The notes under the pieces were generated by a model. That model worked only from the letters and a program-made list of their open reading frames with translations. It did not search any database and was not told the DNA's origin. Positions 50,101 through 59,696 of a stretch of DNA of 64,000 bases are shown here, one piece after another (the stretch's first letter is position 1; every line of letters starts with the position of its first letter). This stretch comes from Candidatus Cloacimonadales bacterium (lineage in GTDB: Bacteria; Cloacimonadota; Cloacimonadia; Cloacimonadales; JAFGVF01). The stretch spans positions 922,042 through 986,041 of the forward strand of contig CAXXOU010000001.1 in NCBI GenBank assembly GCA_963677495.2, in the 5' to 3' direction. The translations under genes were made by a program, and so were the position numbers.

Positions 50101-53100
50101 GAAGTATTCAATGCTACTATTCCACCTGCAACAGGTGAAGGTTGGATTGAGTTTATGCTTGATACTCCGTTTATCTATAATAATACAGATAACCTTGTTG
50201 TGGCTGTTGAAGAAAATATGCCTGCTTATGGTTCCAGCTCAGAAGAGTTCTTAGGAACAATTACTCAGACACCTCGTAGTATCTATTATTATAGTGATAG
50301 TACTGACCCAGATCCTACAGCACCACCTTCAGGTACTGTAATGTCTCATATTCCAAATACAATGTTCTATTTTGATGACCTACCAACAGGACCTGAATTA
50401 TTATATCGTCCTTTAGCTCATGACTTTGGAACAGTATTTACTAATACACAAACTCCTCCTGTTACATTCACATTGCAGAATGCAGGTATCGGAACTTTAG
50501 TTCTTAACTCTGTTACACTTAGTGATGGTACAGACTTTGTATTAACAGATACAAATACTTATCCTGTTAACCTAAATACTGCAGAATCCACAACTATCGA
50601 AGTTGTTTATGCACCTGTAACAGAAGGTCCTGTATCTATTACTATTGATGTAGATACATCTGAAGGATTAGAAAGTATCCCGCTTTCTGGTACTGGGTTC
50701 AACTCAACTATTTCAGTATTCCCTTATGTAGAAAACTTCGATACGTTGGCACTGCCAATTGGTTGGGAACAAGGTACAGAAGACCAATACGATTGGTCAT
50801 TTGGTACTAGCACTCCTTCAACTAATACAGGTCCTCAAGCTGGTGACCATACATCAGGAACAGGTGGATTCGCCTTTACTGAAGCTTCAGGCCAGTTAAA
50901 CTCAAGATTCGACCTTATCTCTCCTCCAATTGATGTATCTTCATTAAGTAATCCATTCAGTACTATTTGGTACCATATGCTTGGTGAATCAATGGGGACA
51001 CTTCATTTCGATATTTGGGATGGAACTCAGTGGAATGAAGATGCATATCCTGAAATCACAGGTGATCAAGGTGATGCATGGTCATTCGTAGACATCAGTC
51101 TTGGTGGTTATGGTAATATCGTACAAGTTAGATTCAGAGGTATCACAGGTGATAACTATTATAGTGACATTAGTATAGATGATTTTGGTGTATGGGATAA
51201 CGATTCCCCACCTGCACCTACAACTCTTGTAATGCCTGCTGATGGTGCAACCGGTATTGCTATGACAGGAACTGTATCCTGGGATCCTGCACTTGCATCT
51301 AGTGGTTATTATGTGTCAATCGGTACAGATAATCCTCCAACAGATATTGTTGATATGGTTGATGTAGGTAATGCATTAAGTTATGATTATTCAGGTTTAC
51401 AACCCGGTGTTGTTTACAACTGGATGGTTACACCTTATAACGCAATCGGTGTTGCAACTAACTGTCCTGTTTGGTCATTTACTACATTTAATGACTTACC
51501 AAATCCTGCTACTGTTGTTTATCCTGCTGATGGCGCATTAAACAGCTATGTATCTATGGATTTAGAGTGGGCTAGTGGTGGTAACTTCCCTGATGGTTAT
51601 AGAGTTTATCTTGGAACTGATAATCCTCCAACAAATGTTTTAGATGGTGTTGATGCTGGTTTCAATACTACATTTACAATTCCTGCTCCTCTTGAGTATA
51701 GCATGCAGTATTACTGGCAGGTTGTTCCTTACAACTTCGTTGGTGATGCTACAGGTAATGCTATCTGGACATTCACAACACATCCTGCAGGAATGGTTAT
51801 TCTTGGTGATGGTACTGTTGAAGGACAGCACCTTCCAATAGAACCTTACTATGGATACTCATATTCACAATCGATCCATACTCTCCAAGAGATTGGAACA
51901 CCTGGATTCATTACTAGTGTAAGCTATTATTATAATGGTGCTGGTACTCTTAATAACAGTACAGATTGGGTAATTTATCTTGGTCTTACTACTCAAAATG
52001 AGTTTGTTGATGGTACTTCATGGATTCCATTAACAGATTTAACTGAAGTTTGGAATGCTCCGATCACACCTCCAACAGGTGCAGGTTGGATTGACTTTCC
52101 ACTCGCTGAAGAGAACTGGTTCCTCTACGATGGAAGCCAGAACCTTGTAATTGCTGTTGAAGAAAATATGGCTGCATATGGTTCAGGTTCAGAAGAGTTC
52201 TTATGTACTGCTACAACTGATAATAGATCCATCTATTACTATAGTGATAGCACAAACCCTGATCCTGCTACTCCACCTTCAGGTAATCCATTAGCTTACA
52301 TACCTAATACAAGGTTATTTACATTACCTACTGGAGATAACCCTTATCCTATCATTACTCCATCTTCACTGAACTTCGGTTTCATTGATGTTGGTGGTAC
52401 TTCAGATACACGTACAATTACAATTCGTAACGTTGGTCAGGATTCACTCTATATCGATGTAAACATTGCTATACAGGGTGATGATGCTGCTGAATTTATT
52501 CTATCAGACAATAACACATATCCGGTTCAAATTAACTACCTTGAAACAGTAGATATTGATATTACATTCATGCCTACAACAGAAGGTTATAAAACAGCCG
52601 ATATTGTTATTATAGATAATGCACCGGATAACAGAAATGGCAGAATGCCACGTCAGGTTCATAACCTGCCAATTTCCGGTAGAGGATACTTCCTTGATAA
52701 CAATGATACTCCTCAAACTGCTACTCAGTTAGCTCTTAACGTTGCTGATTATGAAGAGATGATCTACCCTGAAACAGAGGTGGATTGGTATTCATTCTGG
52801 ATTACAGCTCCGGCTGATTTAACTACATTCACTGAGGCTATCAATGGTTCACAGCTAGATACTTATATGTGTCTCTATGGACCTTATGACTCTCCTGATC
52901 ACAATGTTGATGACCAGATGTATATCATGGCTGATGATGATGGAAATAATAATAGTCAACCTCGAATTGAGATGCCTCTCAATGAAAGTGGTTTCTATTA
53001 CATAAGACTCTCACAATTCCAAAATGTACCTGCCGGAATGAGACCATTCAAAAAACGTACATTCGAAGAGAATCTTAGAAACACAACAGGTGAATACTCA

Positions 53101-54288
53101 CTCACTATTCACTCATCTAACCCTGTTCCTCCGGAGGATTATTATCCACCTGAGAACTTGATGGCTGAAAGCTTGTTTAACGGTGTTGAACTGACTTGGG
53201 ATGCTCCTACAGTTCCTGTGAGAACTCTGGATGGTTACAACGTTTATCGTGATGATGTTATGTTGAATGCAGAAACAATACATTCAACAATCTACATTGA
53301 TTATGATGCAGTTGTTGGAAATACTTATGAATATAAAGTAAGTACTGTTTACAATAACCCTCCTGGTGAATCAGCACCTTGTGATTCAATAAACTATACT
53401 CATGTTGCTGTTGATGCACCGATTATATCTGAAAGCTTCGAAACATATGATGATTTCGCTACAGATATCTATCCTTGGTTCAACATGGATATGGATGGTG
53501 AAGGTACTTATGGATTCAATAATGGTATCGACTTCCCTGGTGAAAATGATCCTATGTCATACATAGTATTTAATCCAAACTCAACTGTACCTCCGCTAAT
53601 GCTCGCTGACGCTTATAATGGTGATAAGTATGCTGCTTGTTTCGCTGCTGACTCCGGTTCAAATGATGACTGGTTAATCACTCCTCATCTTGATCTCGGT
53701 GATAATGCAACTGAGCTTTCTTTCTGGGCTCGCTCATATACTACTCAGTATGGCCCTGAACAGCTTAGAGTTTGCATCTCAACTACGGGTAATGACCCTG
53801 CTGAATTTACACCTATCGTTACAGATGAAATTCATGATGTTCCACTAGATTGGACCTATTATAGTTATGATCTTACTGATTATGCAGGTCAGCTAATCTA
53901 TATTGGATTTAATTGTGTTTCATCACAAACGTTCTTCATGATGCTTGATAACATCGTCGTTAATAGTGACGGTGGTACTGTTGGTAATGAACATCCTGAG
54001 GTAGTACCTAATAGTAATGAACTCTTTAGTAACTACCCTAACCCATTCAACCCAACTACAACAATCAAGTTCAATGTTAAAGAGAACGATAAAGTTAATG
54101 TAAGCGTTTATAATATTCGCGGTCAGAAAGTTACAACTCTTACTAATGATTATTACAGTGCCGGTACACATTCTATTGTATGGAATGGTACTGACAGAAA
54201 TAATAAGCAGGTAAGTAGTGGTATCTACTTCTTCAAGATGCAGGCCGGAACATATACTAAAACAAAGAAAATGATACTTATGAAATAG
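47146..54288 (+). CDS. Giant (2380 aa) secreted adhesin-like protein: PPC-like, FN3-like, Ig (choice-of-anchor D-like), MAM-like and cleaved-adhesin (choice-of-anchor J-like) domains, with T9SS/FlgD-type CTD
   Basis: 3x LPIEPY..Y.YSQ.I; 5x YYW.V(V/T)(P/S).N modules; TPSTNTGP..DHT..G...EAS (MAM); NDDWLITP; CTD NYPNPFNPTTTI...SSGIYF...KKMILMK. Confidence 0.87.
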   Translation: MKQLSILLLLFLVTACLFADGTNTHVGAPLVDALPYTDTGDLVDNTNDNNDRYRDEWWEITPVIDLTNVDIHPVYDGWDGYLFVYDANLVQLAFDDDGPGGTADSQIIMDMTAGETYYIVVDEYSSATGNRTFTLNISSPDYSGPISDADAPGQCENPFPAVNAINVPLDATLTWDFGANTETYDLFFDSVYPPVNQVVTGGTAGATGSYTPTGMQNASYYYWKVVSHNSITTTATSTSFYFQTDLGANIVQIGSGVDTNLHLPIEPYNHYTYSQTIYLQSEINMVSQRIEKVYYHYTGGGSLANSTDWTIWMGHTTASNFMFGNGWESQSSLTQVYDGMITPTMGEGWIEIVLQTPFVYNNSDNLVIAILEDAPDRATTNEDFYCETVATTRSLSYYDNTTVPDPLNPSDGELLMSIPETRLFFDALPTTPELSYNPSTWDFGTLFCDTASTPLPCTAQNTGTGTLNIQSVVLDDEVNFSLVDNNTYPMALNSAESMNFDVVFNPIDEGDLTGTVTITDDTRQTYTMTFTGHGFQATVSTYPYAQTFDDATLPIEWTIDPVVAGDSWEVANSDIGGHGADTDATGNFGYWMVVDDSSPETVPAHLYSPPFDMTALTNPLLTFNYWIGDNANTSTLNIDVIVDGVTTTDVAVVQEPNGSTAWTYTEVSLAAYAGQTIMLDFRAMESDSFYGDICIDDVAIFDNSMPPAATTLIAPTDAEAGVPMTGTLSWLLAQGASGYYVSLGTDNPPTDVHNMADAGNSLTFDYASLAAGTTYYWQVVPYNPNGSAPNCPVWSFTTFNDIPNPATLVSPDIGATYQNIYPTLVWADGGNFPDGYKINLGTDNPPTDVYQNHDVGFVTTFVSDIELAPQTTYYWQVVPYNFVGDAQNCPVWNFITAPDGLVVVGGGTEINHHLPIEPYYGYSYSQSIYLQSDLNVQGQQIESILYYYNGGATLNNSYDWVIYMGHTTESQINGTDGWIPIDQLTEVFNATIPPATGEGWIEFMLDTPFIYNNTDNLVVAVEENMPAYGSSSEEFLGTITQTPRSIYYYSDSTDPDPTAPPSGTVMSHIPNTMFYFDDLPTGPELLYRPLAHDFGTVFTNTQTPPVTFTLQNAGIGTLVLNSVTLSDGTDFVLTDTNTYPVNLNTAESTTIEVVYAPVTEGPVSITIDVDTSEGLESIPLSGTGFNSTISVFPYVENFDTLALPIGWEQGTEDQYDWSFGTSTPSTNTGPQAGDHTSGTGGFAFTEASGQLNSRFDLISPPIDVSSLSNPFSTIWYHMLGESMGTLHFDIWDGTQWNEDAYPEITGDQGDAWSFVDISLGGYGNIVQVRFRGITGDNYYSDISIDDFGVWDNDSPPAPTTLVMPADGATGIAMTGTVSWDPALASSGYYVSIGTDNPPTDIVDMVDVGNALSYDYSGLQPGVVYNWMVTPYNAIGVATNCPVWSFTTFNDLPNPATVVYPADGALNSYVSMDLEWASGGNFPDGYRVYLGTDNPPTNVLDGVDAGFNTTFTIPAPLEYSMQYYWQVVPYNFVGDATGNAIWTFTTHPAGMVILGDGTVEGQHLPIEPYYGYSYSQSIHTLQEIGTPGFITSVSYYYNGAGTLNNSTDWVIYLGLTTQNEFVDGTSWIPLTDLTEVWNAPITPPTGAGWIDFPLAEENWFLYDGSQNLVIAVEENMAAYGSGSEEFLCTATTDNRSIYYYSDSTNPDPATPPSGNPLAYIPNTRLFTLPTGDNPYPIITPSSLNFGFIDVGGTSDTRTITIRNVGQDSLYIDVNIAIQGDDAAEFILSDNNTYPVQINYLETVDIDITFMPTTEGYKTADIVIIDNAPDNRNGRMPRQVHNLPISGRGYFLDNNDTPQTATQLALNVADYEEMIYPETEVDWYSFWITAPADLTTFTEAINGSQLDTYMCLYGPYDSPDHNVDDQMYIMADDDGNNNSQPRIEMPLNESGFYYIRLSQFQNVPAGMRPFKKRTFEENLRNTTGEYSLTIHSSNPVPPEDYYPPENLMAESLFNGVELTWDAPTVPVRTLDGYNVYRDDVMLNAETIHSTIYIDYDAVVGNTYEYKVSTVYNNPPGESAPCDSINYTHVAVDAPIISESFETYDDFATDIYPWFNMDMDGEGTYGFNNGIDFPGENDPMSYIVFNPNSTVPPLMLADAYNGDKYAACFAADSGSNDDWLITPHLDLGDNATELSFWARSYTTQYGPEQLRVCISTTGNDPAEFTPIVTDEIHDVPLDWTYYSYDLTDYAGQLIYIGFNCVSSQTFFMMLDNIVVNSDGGTVGNEHPEVVPNSNELFSNYPNPFNPTTTIKFNVKENDKVNVSVYNIRGQKVTTLTNDYYSAGTHSIVWNGTDRNNKQVSSGIYFFKMQAGTYTKTKKMILMK

Positions 54289-54306
54289 TATCAGAACTAT
54301 AACCTT

Positions 54307-54334
54307 AGAGCCTATCGCATGCGATAGGCTCTTT
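54307..54334 (+). terminator. Intrinsic terminator
   Basis: AGAGCCTATCGC-AT-GCGATAGGCTCT-TT. Confidence 0.8.
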
Positions 54335-54552
54335 GCTATTTCAATGTGTCAGTTTATAATCACTATTGATCGCTTCTATCCTACTTTCGAATATTAATCT
54401 GGAAGAATGCATCCAACTATTTAGCTCACAATTAAATCTCCTGGGAGTTTCTTGGAATCCTTAAGAATCCTTTACTTAATCGCATCAAAAACCTGGAATC
54501 TCGCTTGTCCCTCCCTTTAGCCTCCCTAGGCCCTCCCTATGAACCCCTAAAG

Positions 54553-54573
54553 TTATCCACATCGTGTGCATAA
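54553..54573. promoter_or_regulatory. Inverted pair of DnaA boxes
   Basis: TTATCCACA-TCG-TGTGCATAA; both fit TTATNCACA. Confidence 0.5.
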
Positions 54574-54649
54574 CTTATTTAACGGTGCAAGGAGTCTCTT
54601 AAGGAGATTAGATAAAGAGAAGCTATTGAGTAGATATTGATGAGATAAT

Positions 54650-54676
54650 AAAAAGGGCATATTTTACTATGCCCTT
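54650..54676 (-). terminator. Intrinsic terminator of the alkaline phosphatase gene
   Basis: Minus strand AAGGGCATA-GTAAAA-TATGCCCTT-TTT. Confidence 0.75.
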
Positions 54677-54706
54677 AACATCTGTATGTGAGTGTAGTTA
54701 GTCTGA

Positions 54707-56017
54707 CTAGTTAAGTAACTCTCTCAATGTCCTTCCTAAATCAGTATTGTCTATGTATTTTCCTCTATGCTTATCTTTGCCTTTTATAAGCTTTTTGAAT
54801 CTCTTAGCATCACTGCCCTTCGCATAGAAGGGAACTAAAGAATTTGTGTGATCTGAGCTGTTAAATACGAAACCGGGAAGTTTACCCTTCCCATTGTATT
54901 TAACTTTGTTAAACTCCTGTTTTTTGGCGTTTGAAGGGCCCCAAACACAACCACACTCATGGTCGGCTGTGACTATAACAAGGGTTTCTTTCCAATTACT
55001 GTTCTTTTTTACCCAATCATTGATATATTCTATTGTGTTATTGAAATCATCCATCTCTTCGACTAAGCGTCCGGGTTCCTGATAATGTCCGGTATAATCT
55101 ATAGCACCACCTTCAATCATGAGGAAGAATCCATCTTCATCTTCATCAAGTATATTGATAGCAGCAGCTGTCATCTCTTGAAGTGAAGGAACATCTTCCT
55201 GGAATGGAACTACATATGGATTTGCTTTTCTATCACCCTTTCTTGTTTGCTGCCCATTTTTTACTGAGACATTAACTCCAATCACTCTTTTGGGAGTATC
55301 TCCCTTTTGTAATGCTAGAAAATCATCTTTTAAAGTAACAAAGCTCCAAGGATCAGGTTGTCCATCACCATCTATATCCTGTACTTGTCTCTCATTATAG
55401 GTTGTTTCTTCCTCTTTTAACCAGTTCCAGAACTCAGTTGGTCCAATGTATTTGGTCTGCTTTTTCTTACGATAATCAGGGCTTCCGCCACTCATGATAA
55501 CAGTAGCTTTGGAATCAAAAATCATATTTTGCCCAATTTGATGATAGTCTTTTCGATATTCCATAGATGTGAGAATTCCCGCCGGTGTTGCATGCGGGAA
55601 TGGCACTGTTGTTACAACTCCTAATGCTTTACCTGAGTTTACAACATGATCTCCGATAGGAGTAAGTTTTTCACCATTAGGATTGTAATTTAGTTTCGTG
55701 TTATCAGTTTTAACACCTGTAGTCATAGCAGTGATAGCAGCAGCTGAATCAGTGAAACCCGATTGTAAGTATTCATAGCTTTCCCAAGCTATATCTTTGT
55801 CATAGCTTCCATTCGTGTTTGACCATGTGCTCATCGCCAGTTTAACCGGGAACTTTTGGTATATCTGCTTACCCCATCTCCCCTTCTCATAGTAGTTAGC
55901 AATCTTGAGATGATTGAATCCCATGCCATCACCGATAACTAAAATAATGTTCTTAGGTTTAGCGAAAACCGAAACTGTTATCAGTATAATAAACAATACA
56001 AATATATTCTTTTTCAT
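54707..56017 (-). CDS. phoA: Alkaline phosphatase (PhoA family), secreted
   Basis: KNIILVIGDGMG, TDSAAA.TAM.TG.KT, HATPA, FFLMIEGGAIDY.GH, VIVTADHE, HT. Confidence 0.92.
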   Translation of the reverse strand: MKKNIFVLFIILITVSVFAKPKNIILVIGDGMGFNHLKIANYYEKGRWGKQIYQKFPVKLAMSTWSNTNGSYDKDIAWESYEYLQSGFTDSAAAITAMTTGVKTDNTKLNYNPNGEKLTPIGDHVVNSGKALGVVTTVPFPHATPAGILTSMEYRKDYHQIGQNMIFDSKATVIMSGGSPDYRKKKQTKYIGPTEFWNWLKEEETTYNERQVQDIDGDGQPDPWSFVTLKDDFLALQKGDTPKRVIGVNVSVKNGQQTRKGDRKANPYVVPFQEDVPSLQEMTAAAINILDEDEDGFFLMIEGGAIDYTGHYQEPGRLVEEMDDFNNTIEYINDWVKKNSNWKETLVIVTADHECGCVWGPSNAKKQEFNKVKYNGKGKLPGFVFNSSDHTNSLVPFYAKGSDAKRFKKLIKGKDKHRGKYIDNTDLGRTLRELLN

Positions 56018-56174
56018 TAATCCTCCAAATTATCACATGCCATTTAGATGAAGAACAGAGAATCTGGCAAATAATATTCACGTTAAGATTCATTTGCCAT
56101 AGAGAATAATAATCTGATTGACATAAGTTAAAGCAAAATAAAGATAGAGACATGTTCTTTGAGAAATAGTAACG

Positions 56175-56260
56175 CGTATTTTGGGGTACTGCTGAAAGTC
56201 AGCGGTTGAGAATAAACCCATCATACCTGATCCGGATAATGCCGGCGTAGGGAAAATATG
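56175..56260 (+). ncRNA. TPP riboswitch (THI element)
   Basis: GGGG...TGAGA...ACCC...ACCTGATCCGGATAATGCCGGCGTAGGGA, with P1 CGTATTTT/AAAATATG, upstream of thiamine-type transporter genes. Confidence 0.93.
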
Positions 56261-56276
56261 TTCGAATAATATTTTA

Positions 56277-56308
56277 ACCATAGCGTCATTGGCGATATGG
56301 TTTTTTTT
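56277..56308 (+). terminator. Riboswitch expression-platform terminator
   Basis: AACCATAGCGTCA-T-TGGCGATATGGTT-TTTTTT, between the aptamer and the RBS. Confidence 0.8.
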
Positions 56309-56359
56309 ATTCCACATAGTTTTCTCTTCAATTCTCAATGAGAAATTGATGGAGGAAAG

Positions 56360-58804
56360 ATGAAAAAGAAACTATTAACTCTTTTTGTACTTCTAATCGG
56401 AATAATTTCCGTGTGCTCAGCAATGACTCTTAAAGGAGTCGTAGTTGACAAAACAACAGGTGTACCTGTTGAAAATGCAATTATCTCAGATGGTGATGTA
56501 ACTGTTACATCCGACTCAGAAGGTCGTTTTGAGATACAAACTGATAATGCTGAGATTTCAGCTAAAAGAATGGGCTACGCAGAAAAAGTCGTTAAAGCTG
56601 ATTCTGAGTATGTAAAAATCAAGCTTCAACGAAAGTCTATTGAGCTTTCAGGAATCAAGGTTTCAACTACACGTGTGACAACTGAAACCTCACCAATCAC
56701 ATTCACAAACATTGAGCAGGAAGAGATTCTTGAAGAGAGTCACGGACAGGATATCCCTCTTCTAATCAATGATGTGCCAAATCTTCACACATACTCAGAA
56801 GCAGGTTCTGCTCTTGGTTATTCTCATATGAAAGTACGTGGTTTTGATGAAAAGCGTATTGGTGTGATGGTTAATGGTATTCCTTTTAATGATCCGGAAG
56901 ATCACTCAGTTTATTGGGTAAATATGCCGGATCTTGCAGAAAGTGTAGAGAATATTCAGTTCCAGAAAGGTGTTGGTAACTCACAGTATGGTGTTTCCAC
57001 ATTCGGTGGATCTCTTAACCTTATGACAAACAGCTTGAATAATCCGCATTTACTGGAAGTTACAAGTAATTACGGTAGTTATGATACATTTAAGAATAGT
57101 GCGAAAGTTGCATTAGATATCACAAAGAATCTCAAGACTAACCTTCGTTTCTCTAATATGGTTTCTGATGGATACCGTGATAATGCAGGTTCTGAGATGT
57201 GGTCATACTTCTTTAACCTTTCTTATGTTGCAGAAAACAACGTAACAGAGTTTAACACATATGGTGGAAAAGAGATTACACACGCTTCTTGGTATGCTTC
57301 TCCTGAAGCTGAACTTGAAGCAAATCCTCAGTATAATCCTGTTACCTATGAGAACGAAGTTGATAACTTCTCTCAACCACATTATGAATTACATAATCGT
57401 TGGAGAGTTAATGATGATTTCTTATGGCAAAATTCAGCCTTTTATATCCGTGGTCATGGCTATTATGAACAGCTTAAAGAGGGTAAAGACCTTTACTACT
57501 ACTCACTTTCAGATGAAGATGATGATTCTGAAGCTGATTTTATAAGACAGAAATGGGTTACAAAGAACCATTATGGTGTAATTTCAAACCTCTCTTGGTC
57601 TCACTTTATGGGTGAACTCACTTTCGGTACATACCTTGCTATGTTTGATAGTGACCATTGGGGAGAAATTGAGAACGTTTCTAATGCTGTTGATGCTGAT
57701 GGAAACCCTATTGACGTAACATACACAAAAGACCAGAAATACCACCAATACAAAGGTAATAAAGACTATATGACTTTCTACATGAATGAGAACTTCAAGC
57801 TTAACGAATCACTCTCATTTATGGCCAATCTGCATTACCAGGGAATTAAGTACAGCTTCGAACAGGAAGAGGTAGGCAACTTCACAGGTGAGAACCTTCA
57901 TAGTTATGAAGTAGATTATAACTTCTTGAATCCTCGCTTTGGTTTCAACTATCAAGCTATGGATGAACTGAATATCTATGGTAACGTATCAATGGCTCAA
58001 AGGGAACCTGCTGATCAGGAACTTTACAACATCTGGGATGATGCATCTGACCTTGGGACTGCTCCACTCTTTGAAGACTATACAGAGATTCTTGATAGCG
58101 AAGGTAACATTGAAAGAATCGAATGGAGAAACCCTGTTGTGCAACCGGAAAAGGTTATCAATTACGAGATTGGTCAAAGATCTAACGTATATGGTTGGGA
58201 AGTAGAAACTGCTCTCTTCTGGATGGATTTCAGTGATGAAATCGTTCGTTATGGTGGTGTAGATTCTGATGGCTATCCTAATATGGGTAATGCTGAGAAG
58301 ACAGTTCACAGAGGAATTGAGCTTTCTTTGAAGAAAGAGCTTATCAATAACTTAATGTTTTCCGGTAACATCTCATATAACGATAACTACTTTGATGAGT
58401 TTGTTGCATATGATACTAACTGGGATACTTGGGAAACATTCGAAGTGGACTTCTCCGGCAACAAGATTGCAAATTTCCCTGACCTTTTAGCTAATGCAAA
58501 AGCAAGCTACACTTGGAGATGGGTAACTACATCTTGTGAGTATAAGTATGTTGGAAGACAATACATTGATAATACTGAAAATGATGACCGTTCAATAGAT
58601 CCATATGGTCTTGTGAATCTTGGTTTACTTGTAAAGATACCTAATAAAACTAAAACCAACACATTCTCAATTACATTCAATGTAAACAATGTACTTGATG
58701 AATCTTACTATACTGATGGCTATTATGATGCCTGGAGTGGTGGGAATCAGTTCTGGATAGGAGCTGAACGCAACTTCATGATTGGTTTCAGAGCCGGTAT
58801 ATAA
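56360..58804 (+). CDS. TonB-dependent receptor, probable thiamine uptake
   Basis: Signal peptide, carboxypeptidase-like N-domain, plug motif VRGF...RIGVMVNGIPFND.E..SVYWVN, NVNNVLD..Y, RNFMIG. Lies directly under a TPP riboswitch. Confidence 0.9.
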   Translation: MKKKLLTLFVLLIGIISVCSAMTLKGVVVDKTTGVPVENAIISDGDVTVTSDSEGRFEIQTDNAEISAKRMGYAEKVVKADSEYVKIKLQRKSIELSGIKVSTTRVTTETSPITFTNIEQEEILEESHGQDIPLLINDVPNLHTYSEAGSALGYSHMKVRGFDEKRIGVMVNGIPFNDPEDHSVYWVNMPDLAESVENIQFQKGVGNSQYGVSTFGGSLNLMTNSLNNPHLLEVTSNYGSYDTFKNSAKVALDITKNLKTNLRFSNMVSDGYRDNAGSEMWSYFFNLSYVAENNVTEFNTYGGKEITHASWYASPEAELEANPQYNPVTYENEVDNFSQPHYELHNRWRVNDDFLWQNSAFYIRGHGYYEQLKEGKDLYYYSLSDEDDDSEADFIRQKWVTKNHYGVISNLSWSHFMGELTFGTYLAMFDSDHWGEIENVSNAVDADGNPIDVTYTKDQKYHQYKGNKDYMTFYMNENFKLNESLSFMANLHYQGIKYSFEQEEVGNFTGENLHSYEVDYNFLNPRFGFNYQAMDELNIYGNVSMAQREPADQELYNIWDDASDLGTAPLFEDYTEILDSEGNIERIEWRNPVVQPEKVINYEIGQRSNVYGWEVETALFWMDFSDEIVRYGGVDSDGYPNMGNAEKTVHRGIELSLKKELINNLMFSGNISYNDNYFDEFVAYDTNWDTWETFEVDFSGNKIANFPDLLANAKASYTWRWVTTSCEYKYVGRQYIDNTENDDRSIDPYGLVNLGLLVKIPNKTKTNTFSITFNVNNVLDESYYTDGYYDAWSGGNQFWIGAERNFMIGFRAGI

Positions 58805-58811
58805 ACTATCT

Positions 58812-58847
58812 AATGCCCATGCTACAAATGTTGCATGGGCATTTTTT
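58812..58847 (+). terminator. Intra-operon hairpin/terminator
   Basis: AATGCCCATGC-TACAAATGTT-GCATGGGCATT-TTTT. Confidence 0.7.
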
Positions 58848-58861
58848 CTACAGAGGATACT

Positions 58862-59428
58862 ATGAAAAAACTTAAACTATCAGAGATTATATTTATAACA
58901 GTTGTATCGACAGCAATGGGTGTTTTCTGGTGGGGATATACCTTTATCTACGATATTGTATCACCATTCTTGAAACCATTAGGCTTGGAGAATCTTATGT
59001 CCGGTGTCTGGCTCATGGGTGCAGTTTTCTTTCCTTTTATTATTCGTAAACCGGGTAGTGCTATCTTGGGTGAGACTGTAGCAGCCTTCGTGCAAGGCTT
59101 TATTGCTCGTTGGGGAGTGACATCTATTATCTGGGGATTCGGACAAAGTGTTCTGGTAGAACTCTTCTTTTTAGCTTTAGGGTATAAGAGATGGAATCGT
59201 GCTGTGCTAGTTGTTGCAGCTATGATATCAGCGATTAGTTCTTACTTGCTTTCATTCATCTATGATAAATGGTACACATATAACCTCGGCTTTAACATAA
59301 AGCAGATAGTATGTTTCCTCATCGGAGGAGCTGTTTTCGCCGGATTGTTTAGTATCTTTGTTGCTAATCGACTTAAAAAAACAGGTATCTTAAATCAGTT
59401 TGAAATTGTTCTCGATGATTTGAGGTAG
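58862..59428 (+). CDS. ECF transporter S component, YkoE-like (thiamine/HMP)
   Basis: KLSEII....S...GV..W, G.W.M......IIRKPG.A..GE..AA, G..Q....EL.F....YKRW, L.KTG.L. GAGG RBS before ATG 58862. Confidence 0.85.
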   Translation: MKKLKLSEIIFITVVSTAMGVFWWGYTFIYDIVSPFLKPLGLENLMSGVWLMGAVFFPFIIRKPGSAILGETVAAFVQGFIARWGVTSIIWGFGQSVLVELFFLALGYKRWNRAVLVVAAMISAISSYLLSFIYDKWYTYNLGFNIKQIVCFLIGGAVFAGLFSIFVANRLKKTGILNQFEIVLDDLR

Positions 59429-59431
59429 ATT

Positions 59432-59570
59432 TGTAGAACGACTCTCCGGGTCGTTAACTAGGTACGCGGACATCACTGTCCGCACCACTAATCTCGGCAA
59501 GATGCCGGGGCACCCAGTGAGAGCCGACAGGATGCCAGCATACCCAGTATGTCTGCAACCCTGATAGAGC
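59432..59570. repeat. GC-rich cluster of short REP-like hairpins
   Basis: AACGAC..GTCGTT, GCGGACA..TGTCCGC, CGGCA..TGCCG and others. Related to GTAGGACACGCTGCCAGCTTGTCC at 2688. Confidence 0.55.
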
Positions 59571-59696
59571 ATAGATATCCCCTAAATCATAGCAAAACTT
59601 TAAGTTATGAAAAAACTTATTGACTCTTTTATATAGCTAAACTTAATCTTGTAAGTAATTAAACTAACTACATATTACTTATTCGGGGGAATAGTT

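Noticed and set aside
56090..56338. 82-aa minus-strand ORF
   Set aside because: It is antisense to the TPP riboswitch and its terminator, which explain the sequence.
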